A stretch of DNA of 45,949 bases from Catajapyx aquilonaris (Eukaryota), in the NCBI GenBank assembly GCA_000934665.2, contig KZ538825.1, positions 1 to 45,949 on the forward strand, given 5' to 3'. Both the position numbers and the translations under genes were made by a program. The notes under the pieces are model-generated. The model was not told the origin of the DNA, ran no database searches, and saw only the letters and a list, made by a program, of their open reading frames with translations. This document shows, one piece after another, positions 37,117 through 45,949 of this stretch. The stretch's first letter is position 1, and every line of letters starts with the position of its first letter.

Positions 37117-38292
37117 ATGCCACGGAAAGATTTGACATTGGCAGAGAAAATAGCCGTGCTTGACAAAATCAAAAGCCACCCTCCCAAGACCACTCGACGC
37201 CAGCTGGAGGAGATAACTGGAGTGCCGAAAACTACAATTGCACGTCTGCTACTGCAAGAAAAGAAACTGCGAGATGAATTGGCATTAAGCAATGGGCAAC
37301 AGGCATCATCAAAAAGAAGAAAACGTTCTGGCAAGGACCCTGACATAGAAAATGCCCTGAATGACTGGTTTGTGGTCATTACTGGCCGTGGTGTGCGTGC
37401 ACGTGATGCTATGCTGAAACATAAGGCAGTGGAGTTAGCCGAAAAGCTTGGCCGTCAAGATTTCAAAGCTACAAATGGTTGGTTGCACCGATGGAAGATG
37501 AGGTACGGAATTAAATCCAAGAAAGCACATGAAGAGAAGGGCAGTGCTGATGCCGCAAGTGCAAAAAGCTGAAGGTCTGAACGTGCGCTGACCTTGGTGC
37601 AGGAATACAGTGAAAATGACATCTACAATGCGGATGAAACAGGCCTGTTTTATCGAGCCACACTGGATGGTTCCCCTGACCTACTTGTGGGATCAAAAAA
37701 GCAATGGATTGCATGACTGTCTTATGTTGTGCAAGCATGTCAGGGACAGGTAAACGGAAGCTGTTGGTTATTGGGAAAAGCGTTAGCGGAGTGAGCACTA
37801 AAATTAATGTACAGTACTGTACTTTGCATTTCCATGACACTTGCATGACACTGACTTTTATACATCGATTTTTCCTTGTTGCGCAGTCATTGAGGGCGAC
37901 ACGGTGGCCGAGCGGTTAGCGCCGCAGCCTTCCACCTCTAAGGTCCCGAGTTCGATCCCCGGGTCGGACGGAGAATACTTATGTGGATAGAGTTTCGATG
38001 GGTTCTCTCCGTGTTCGCGTGGGTTTTCTCGGGGTTCTCTCGTTTCCTCCCACTATCAAAATCCATCACATTACAGGCAAATGATTAAAATCGGTTATTC
38101 AAAAGATGATCCCCTAAGAGTCCCAAGGGGCCTATCACGGGGTATCCATTATTATTGTTGCGCAGTCATTTTTTAGTATTAAAGCTGGTAGTGCAGTCTA
38201 ATTTTTTGTGTTGTTTCACATGAACTCCGGCTAATCAAACCCCCCGCTTTATTCCTTGGACCCGATGTGGTCCAAATAAGCAGGTCCCACTG
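37117..38292 (+). pseudogene. Tigger/pogo (CENP-B-like) transposon remnant with disrupted transposase
   Basis: HTH_psq plus CENP-B HTH (RKDLTLAEK...FKATNGWLHRWKMRYGI); TGA at 37570 where W is expected; then DIYNADETGLFY; frameshift in an A-run near 37695-37700; MTVLCCASMSGTGKRKLLVIGKS; the rest of the DDE domain is deleted; right end ...ggtcccactg|ta at 38292. Confidence 0.9.
37892..38154 (+). mobile_element. tRNA-derived SINE (family B) with V/Meta-like central domain, inserted in the Tigger remnant
   Basis: A-box tggccgagcgg, B-box gagttcgatccc; gcgtgggttttctcggggttctctcgtttcctccca core; short (ATT) tail; perfect 16-bp TSD ttgttgcgcagtcatt at 37876-37891 and 38155-38170. Confidence 0.9.
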
Positions 38293-38451
38293 TATTTCTA
38301 CACTGGTGCATATGACAATTATTTCGATACCTAGTGACCAAATCTGGGGAACTGGTGTGGACGGAACAAGGGGAAGGGTTGAGTTGACAGGAGAGATGAC
38401 CTGTGTTGTTAACTCATCGGCTGACAACTGAGGGATTCCTCCCTCCATTGG

Positions 38452-38546
38452 GCATGCGCTGAACGGGGGCCAATTGGAGGTGTCATGGTAACAATAGACA
38501 GGAGCCAATAGGAAGCGGCAGCAGCAACAATAAGCAGCGGGCCAAT
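38452..38546 (+). promoter_or_regulatory. Three CCAAT boxes plus an X-box-like site upstream of paralogue 5
   Basis: gccaat at 38470, 38505 and 38542 (35-37 bp spacing); gtcatggtaac at 38482; gcatgcgc at 38452. Confidence 0.4.
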
Positions 38547-38875
38547 CAGAGGGTATAACCAAAGGTACAAAGGTTTTTCTGAACTTTTCTTTTCCCTCCA
38601 GTTCCCTGGTCTGAAACCATGATTCGGATTGTTGCCACTCGAGGCGCTGCGTCTGCTTGTTTTGGAAAAGTTTTGAAATTGCTTTGAATGTGCGACGGTG
38701 CTGCCACTCGGCGGTGTATCAGTCGTTCGAAAAATGCTATCAAGCTGACATTTGTTCCAAAGAACAAAGGTTTGTTCCATCATCATCTCTTCTCCAAGTC
38801 TTTTTAACGGCCATTCTCCAGTTGCTGCAGAGGCCGAACCTTTCCCCACGACCAGACTGTAACTGCTGAGGAGAC

Positions 38876-41800
38876 ATGGACACCGAACCACCAACCTCAT
38901 CGTTGTCCCACATTGTGTTCCTCCTGGAACGAAGCCTGGCGCAGAATGACAGGATTGAGAAGACCATCGCAGAGATGGACAGGAGGACAGCAGAAATGGA
39001 CAAGAAGATGACTGAGATGGACCAGAGGATGGCCAGGATAGAAGGGTTCATCCTGAAGGAACAGGAAGGGAGGAGGACCGATGATGCAGGTTGGGTATAA
39101 GGCCGAGCGTAAATCATGCAATGTCGGTGCGATGATGATCGGGGCGACGTCTCACCTTCATTGCATGATTTGCATTTGGCCTAAGTCGCGTTGCGCTGCA
39201 GGGAACTTAAGCGGGTGAAAAGGGGGCTGTTTGCGCAGACTAGACGTAGGGGGTGGATTGCGAAGACGGAGTTTAAACCGCGGTTCCGCTTGCAAAGATG
39301 GCGTTTAGCCCAATGGTTAGCCTGGATGGAGGTTTAAACCCCGGTCAATTAGATTGCGGTTTAAACAGGCCACGACTTCGCAATCCACCCAGGGGGACTA
39401 GCATAGGTAAGAGTCTGCATGTGCATATTATGTCCACTGCCACAGGCATCCCAACCAGACATGCTCCCACACACTTGGCACCATACACGGTAAGCATCCT
39501 CTGATAGATTTTCACGGGTATATTGCCTTGGCCATCAAAAATCAAATCACTAGAAAGACCCTCATGTTGCTCGCATTTTTCTATGGGACAGGCCTAGAAA
39601 GCTGCTTGCTTTTTTCTAGTCCTTTGGCCTGCGGTGGTGTGGGCAATGTTGTTAGTCGCTTTGGACTTAGCCAATGATGATGCCCATGGATCCAACAACC
39701 ATCCGTATACTCCCCTCCTCCCTACCTCCCTCCGTGTGAAGTACGAGTATAAATACAGTGCCGATGATGGCTCTTATGTGGTGGACCCATTATAGAAGAC
39801 TCTTAATATCACGTGGCATGTGCAACACGCAGGATTCCATCTTGGAATGGCTGTGGAGGCATGTGTAGTATGTGCCCTTTGCATTTAGGACATATTGATA
39901 CTCTCATGCAGTGGTAGAAGTTTCAAGGCCCTGTGTTCAGCTACTTCAACAATATCTGTTCTAGATTCCAGGAAGAGGTTTCATTGATTCCCCTTTGTAC
40001 GATACTGTGCCCAGTGCTGCAAACTTCATATTTGAAATGTTTAAAACTGTCTGTACTTATTTTTGCAGAGCCACAACCTGAGAGAGACCCTGGTGCTACA
40101 ATTGAAGATTATGAGCCAGAGCAGCATCCACATCAAGTGACTCCTTCAAGTTCTAATATGCCTGGAAATAATCTTGTGCCGGCAAAAGTTGTCAGAACCA
40201 TCATGGTAGAGGTAACCTAAATTTTCATTTACATATGAACTTAGATTTAAGCCCCTATGAACTCTTGTGTTTAAGTTTATCATGGAATCACAATCTCAGA
40301 AAGCATGCACATGTAATTTCCAGAGGTGCATGTAAATAACTGTCAAACATGAAGGTGTGACAATGTGGTGCAATGTACATTTTTTCATGGATTGTAAAGA
40401 GTAGACATTTTGTACGTCAAAGTGCTCCTCATCATCGCATGTCTACCTGTGCCCCCTAATCATTTGCAAATTTTTTGCCAGAAAAGACGGAGGTTACCAT
40501 GATTGATCTTGATCTTTCATCCGCAGGTTATTGTCATAAAACATGTTTCCTTTTTCTCAAATCTGAAACTATGTAAAATGTGCAATATGAAATCCAATGA
40601 CATGTCATTCACTTCAGTACCGGTATGGGTTATATGAGGGCAGATCAATAAGTAATCCGAGAAATTTAATTTAGGCAAAAGTTCAATAGATGGACAAAAC
40701 TTAAGATGTACATAGCGACCTTCCAATCCTTTGGACACCCTCATGCAGATGTGTACTGTACAGACCTGGCCGTAAACTGAGCAACTTTTGTGTATTTGCC
40801 CCCTTGAAAAAAAATCCTTATGGCAAAAAACTGAGCTCTATAAACATGGCACCGTTACCGATGTACTGTACCACAGTGGGACAAATGCATCAACAGAAAC
40901 GGTTCATATGTTGAAAAATAGCCAAAAATTTGAAGGTCGCTATGTATGTCTGAAGTTTTGTCTATCTATTAAACTTTTGCCTAAATTGATTTTCTTGCAT
41001 TACTTTTTGATCCACCTCGTAGTTAGAAAACGGATTTCTAGGTTTTTACCTACTTTTTATTTTGTACTCAGAACACGGAACTAAAATATCTATCAGTTTC
41101 ATAACAGAAGGACCTCAAAAATCAAAGTTTTATAGAACATAAAATTGCCTATTTCGGGCGTTGGAATATAAATGGCTTATTAGCTGCCTATTTTCACCTA
41201 TTTCCAATTTTTTGACGCCATTGTGTAAGGTTTTTGAGAGTTTTTGTGGGTTTTCCATTCAAGGCATCCTTCCCGCTTCGACTTGCGAAGGGCAATGAAG
41301 CTGTAGGCATGTTGGATGAACTTGCAGTAGAAGACATTTCATTTTTCTAATATGATCCAGTTGCTTTGTGTGACTTCAAAAAGTCATTTTCAGCATATAC
41401 AGGGTGTAGGCTGTAATTCGGGACAGACTGCTAGGATGTGTAGGGGGTGCCTAAGCAATTTGAGATGGGACACACATCGTCGGAAAGCAATCCCAACAGC
41501 GCTCCAGGCCCATTACCATTCCATTATTGTAACACCCTGATATTGTTGTATAGGGGACTCTGCCTAATTTGACTGTGACGTCATTGTTTTCTTTACCAAT
41601 TCCTAGTCAACAGAAATCTGCTGAACGCACTGCTGGAACCTCCCAATGGAAATGTCATCATATAACAAAAGACTTACGGTACACATCAACAATAACAGGA
41701 CAGTGTTTTATACCGGTACTCCTATTGTTGTGTGAAGCCATTTCCATGGAAATTAGGAAATGTGGCATGTTCCACAGGTGCATTCAGCAGATTTCTGTTG

Positions 41801-43243
41801 ACCAGGAGTCGTAGGTCGCCAGGTAGACGGATAGTACTCGTAAAACTAATATATGGATATGCAATTGGTTTTGGGCTCTGTTGTGTAGTTAATGCGTATG
41901 GCACCATCAAAGTTTCGTGACGTCACATCCGTTCCGCCAGCTTCTATGAAGCAAAAGTCAGTTCGAGGGCCTCTGGTCCCTTGCCTTGGTCCCCTAACAC
42001 ATCGTTCATGTGCAAAAGGTGATCAAATCCCGTCAGAGTAAGAATCCGGATACGACGCCCCTGCACTTTGTTGTTTTTGCCTCATATTCCACCATCCTGC
42101 CCTCTACATTTTAAGGGCACCATAAGCATTGACTACGCAACAGGACCAAAAACTAATTGCACATCCCTATATTAGTTTTGCGAGAACTATAAGTCTACCT
42201 GGTGATTGTAAGCGAGTTTCCCTTCACCATGTATAATAAACATATGGGGTGGAATTATTTTCATCCCTCTGCCAGCATTCTGCTAGCCACTGTCAACCAA
42301 GGAGTTCTGCTACACTTGATAACGAAGGTAACCTATGTAGAAACTATGGGAGAATCCTGACTAGCAGTAGCAGGTTGCTAGCACTTAGCAGTATGTTAGC
42401 AATAGGGCAAAAATTCCACCCACGGTAACTGTAGACCATTTTATTACTGGCCTATTTTTACAAAATACAAAAGAGATTTTCAAGTATATCTGGGGAACTA
42501 TGAGTAAGTTACTTTACTTTCAGAGGAATCCACATACAAAAAGCCGGACACCCTTCAAATACCTTTTTCAATGTGGCATCTGCAACGTAGCTTTCAACAG
42601 TTCATCCTCTATGGAAGAATGCATCAAGTCTCATGCAGTGGTGGTTGAAGAACAGCAGGACGTGATACAGGAATCTCATACAGAACAACTGTGCACTTCC
42701 GACCCAAAGAGAAAGTCACATGAAAGACTTGCTCAGCAGAAGAATATCCAGACAAGTGAGACTAGAATGACCAATGCAAGTCGAAAAAAGCAGAAAAGTG
42801 TGGAGAAAGGTTCTCCAACAAATAATTCTCGGCAGTTGGGCCGTTCAGCGCATGGTAAGGTCAATCCAAGAGGGAATAAGTCACAATTTTGCTGCAAATT
42901 GTGTGGTGTCCGCCTCCTCAGTAAAAAAACTCTAGATGATCATATGAAAGCTGTTCATCTTCGGTTAAAACCTTATCAGTGTGATCTATGTGAGAAGGCT
43001 TTCAGTCAGGGTCATACTCTGAAGGCTCACAGATTGATCCACACAGGTGAGAAGCCATTGAGTTGTCCTGTGTGCCATAAACGTTTTAGGGTAAAAGATT
43101 GCTTGAAAGAGCATTTGAACATACATACAGGACAAAAACCATATTCTTGCAAAATTTGCGATGTGAAGTTCCGCCAAAGGGCTGGCCTATATAAACATGA
43201 GCGAAGCTGTCACCTAGAAAATGCTAGCCAAGCTCATTCCTGA
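38876..43243 (+). CDS. Coiled-coil/C2H2 zinc-finger protein, paralogue 5 (~358 aa, 1 atypical + 4 fingers)
   Basis: Predicted exons 38876-39089, 40069-40211, 42524-43243; phases 1,0; clear duplicate of paralogue 4 in 5' region, exon 2, last exon and 3' UTR. No homologue of paralogue-4 exon 3 was seen. Confidence 0.75.
39101..39390. mobile_element. Two adjacent small hairpin MITEs in intron 1 of paralogue 5
   Basis: ggccgagcgtaaatcatgcaatg / cattgcatgatttgcatttggcc flanked by TAA (39101-39181); gggtggattgcgaag / cttcgcaatccaccc (39251-39390). Confidence 0.65.
40640..41010. mobile_element. Inverted-repeat element in intron 2 of paralogue 5
   Basis: aatttaggcaaaagttcaatagatggacaaaacttaagatgtacatagcgaccttc (~40667-40722) pairs with gaaggtcgctatgtatgtctgaagttttgtctatctattaaacttttgcctaaatt (~40932-40987). 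Confidence 0.65.
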
Positions 43244-43718
43244 AATGTAGGGGAAGATTCATGACATACAGTTTTTGAGGGTTTCAGAGTGATGCATGGA
43301 GGAAAATCATGCCTTTGTATTGAGAGAAGTACAACTGTACGTGGTGGACTGGGCAATAAACAGTGCCAACACACTTCTACATTCGTCCAGGATTTGTTGT
43401 CAAGAAAATTAGCTTTACCTGTCCGTTCCCATGTTCACAACATTTGGCCACGCCTGTGGAGAGATCAGGAAACCATAATTAATTATTATTGACAATCATA
43501 ATAATCAATATGATGTCATGTTCCTTGTTGTGCCCTATAACGATCATGTTGATGAGTGAACAAACCCAGGGATTACTTAACAAGTTAACTTCTAAAGTAA
43601 TCCCTGCCCAACCTAACCCAAAGGCACTGATTTCAGATCTCTCTCCATTTTTCTCTACCAGGTGTGGTTTTCTTGCAATAATGATTTGATAATTTGATTG
43701 TATACTACAGTACAAGTA

Positions 43719-44575
43719 CGATGGTCGTTTCATAAATCATGGCGCGTATTTTTTAGTATTCAAAAACGGTAACACAAACAGAGATGACCTTTGCTGAGTT
43801 TTGAAGCTCCGACGATTACAATTTTATCTGGCATATACAGGGTGGACCAACTTCAAGTGTCGTTTTATAACGGCGATTAATAGCAGTGATTTTGCGATGA
43901 CGCAGCAGCGACGTGTAAAACGGCCCACTTCAGCGCCATCGAAAATATTAGCTGCCAATAGCAGCACACATGTAATCAACCCTGCTGCTGGGGAAAAAAG
44001 TAGGTGCACACATGACCTGAGATGCGCCTGGCTGAAATGGGTGACGCCCAAGGCACCAAATGGACCTGTAATGCAAGGGGGAAGCCTGCAAACGAAACAC
44101 TGCTAATATTTTTGATGGAGCCGAAGTGGGCATTTTTCACATCGCTGCTACGTCAATCGTTAAGCGCTTCTATTAATAGCCGTTATAAAACGACACTTGA
44201 ATGGACCACCCTGTAGATGTCGGCCATATTGCAGGGGAGAAAGGGAAACAAAAGGCGATCACGATCCCCCCGCCGCACCATTGGTCTAAGACGGCTCCAG
44301 CCTGACGTCCTTGGAGCTGTTGGACACTGCATGCTGGACACTCGGTGATGGACAACAAGAGAGCTTGATTTCTAGTGTCAGACAAGTCCAAGCACTAGGC
44401 TTAGGACTCTGAAAGACTAAAAGTTCTCAGGAAGTTGGCATCCTCACTAGTTCCTCACCATCTCGCGATCAAATTGTAATCACCGGATCTTCAAAATTCA
44501 GCAAAGGACATCTCTGTATGTGTTACCGTTTTTGAATTTAAAAAATACACGCCATGACTTATGAAACAACCCTCG
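43719..44575. mobile_element. Non-autonomous mariner-like element with ~105-bp TIRs
   Basis: ta|cgatggtcgtttcataaatcatggcgcgtatttttt... and ...aaaaaatacacgccatgacttatgaaacaaccctcg|ta; TA duplication. Confidence 0.8.
43838..44213. mobile_element. Tc1/mariner-type MITE nested inside the previous element
   Basis: ta|cagggtggaccaacttcaagtgtcgttttataacggc ... gccgttataaaacgacacttgaatggaccaccctg|ta. Confidence 0.85.
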
Positions 44576-44789
44576 TATATTGCATGTTATGAAATTACTG
44601 AAAAATAAATGAAATGAACCTCAGAGACCTAATCTAATTGATACCGATACCAAAAGTGTTGAGAAAACAAAAAAACATGTTCTCGGTGCATAATTAATGT
44701 TTTTCAGATAAATAATCAAAGCTAACAAAGGAAACTCTGTGGCTACAGCCCCCTTCTCACACCCCTGCCACTACCTATAAAACGGTTAA

Positions 44790-45149
44790 TTATTTTACGT
44801 AACTGCTCAACGAACTTGTACATATATGGTTACAAATTTCCGTTAAATAATGACAATAATTGCTCCTTGTGTAACATCCCCAATAACATTTTCTTTCATT
44901 TGATGTACGGCTGTTCTTTTGGGTATGCTGCAAGGAAGAAATATTTGTTTCAATTTCCGAAACCCCCTCCAGACTGGTTTTATTTTGTCTTGATTACAAA
45001 CCTTCCGTTTTTTTTGCAACTAAACCCCGTATTTTTTCGTTCGTGCACTGGCAAGATTACTCAAATTTTGCAATATTCTTCTGTGAGACTTTCCCCCTCC
45101 CCCTCCTTTTCTTGATGTAAAATGCCTTTCAGGGTGGTCGCTAATAAAC

Positions 45150-45208
<59 letters not shown>
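44790..45208 (+). mobile_element. 5'-truncated non-LTR retrotransposon 3' end with CCHC knuckle and (ATT)n tail
   Basis: ORF 44816-45115 contains CSLCNIPNNIFFHLMYGC (Cx2Cx8Hx4C, typical of a LINE ORF2 C-terminus), then AATAAA at ~45144 and (TTA/ATT)n at 45150-45208. Confidence 0.65.
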
Positions 45209-45522
45209 GGCCCAGTGTGACCTGAACTCCTTTTCTTTTCCCTCCAGTTCCCTGGTCTGAATCCGTGATTCGGATTGTTGCCACTCGAGGCGCTGCGTCT
45301 GATTGTTTTGGAATGGTTTGGGGAATTACTTTGAATGTGCGACGGTGCTGCCACTCGGCGGTGTATCAGTCGTTCGAAAAATGCTATCAAGCTGACATTT
45401 GTTCCAAAGAACAAAGGTTTGTTCCATCATCATCTCTTCTCCAAGTCTTTTTAACGGCCATTCTCCAGTTGCTGCAGAGGCCGAACCTTTCCCCACGACC
45501 AGACTGTAACTGCTGAGGAGAC

Positions 45523-45736
45523 ATGGACACCGAACCACCAACCTCATCGTTGTCCCACATTGTGTTCCTCCTAGAACGAAGCCTGGCACAATATGACAGG
45601 ATTGAGAAGACCATTGCGGAGGTGGACAGGAGGACAGCAGAAATGGACAAGAAGATGACTGAGATGGACCAGAGGATGGCCAGGATAGAATGGTTCATCC
45701 TGAAGGAACAGGAAGGGAGGAGGACTAATGATGCAG
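45523..45736 (+). CDS. Coiled-coil/C2H2 family paralogue 6, exon 1 only (rest outside the window or absent)
   Basis: Near-identical to paralogue-5 exon 1 (MDTEPPTSSLSHIVFLLERSLAQYD...RMARIEWFI); same phase-1 donor g|gttggg; part of duplicated block ~45222-45858 vs ~38580-39210. Confidence 0.7.
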
Positions 45737-45949
45737 GTTGGGTATAAGCCCGAGCGTAAATCATGCAATGTCGGTGCGATGATGATCGGGGCGACGTCTC
45801 ACCTTCATTGCATGAGTTGCATTTGGCCTAAGTCGCATTGCGCTGCAGGGAACTTAAGGTGGAAATGAAGCGACTTGCTAATCAAATGAGAGTCTAGAAT
45901 TGGAATGTTAATAAGAAGGGCTAAAATCAGGGAAACATACGCAACCGAT

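Noticed and set aside
37117..37572. Domesticated CENP-B/TIGD-type gene
   Set aside because: Nonsense codon, frameshift, truncated DDE domain, SINE insertion and a retained TIR indicate a dead transposon.

Overview
Eukaryotic, arthropod-like genomic DNA: spliceosomal GT-AG introns, (TTAGG)n tracts, a divergent ionotropic receptor, and four small N-gaps. Bases ~1-15 kb are a mosaic of transposon relics and long palindromes, including a decayed hAT transposase. A single-exon divergent ionotropic receptor lies at 15434-17383 (-). From ~20.9 kb to the end is a tandem cluster of six same-strand paralogues (five complete, one cut by the window end). Each joins a conserved ~55-70 aa N-terminal coiled coil, encoded on its own first exon (LLER...RhxxhE, phase-1 intron), to a C-terminal C2H2 zinc-finger array. 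I do not recognise this N-terminal domain as ZAD, BTB, KRAB or SCAN. It carries the trimer-specifying RhxxhE motif and varies in length by exactly two heptads, and the closest complete paralogues differ mostly at DNA-contact residues. This is the best candidate for an undescribed system. An antisense, two-exon, 277-aa all-helical gene sits head-to-head with the third paralogue. tRNA-derived SINEs, Harbinger/Tc1-mariner/pogo-type MITEs, a Tigger pseudogene and a LINE 3' end are interspersed. All gene models were spliced by eye and are unverified by transcripts or database searches.
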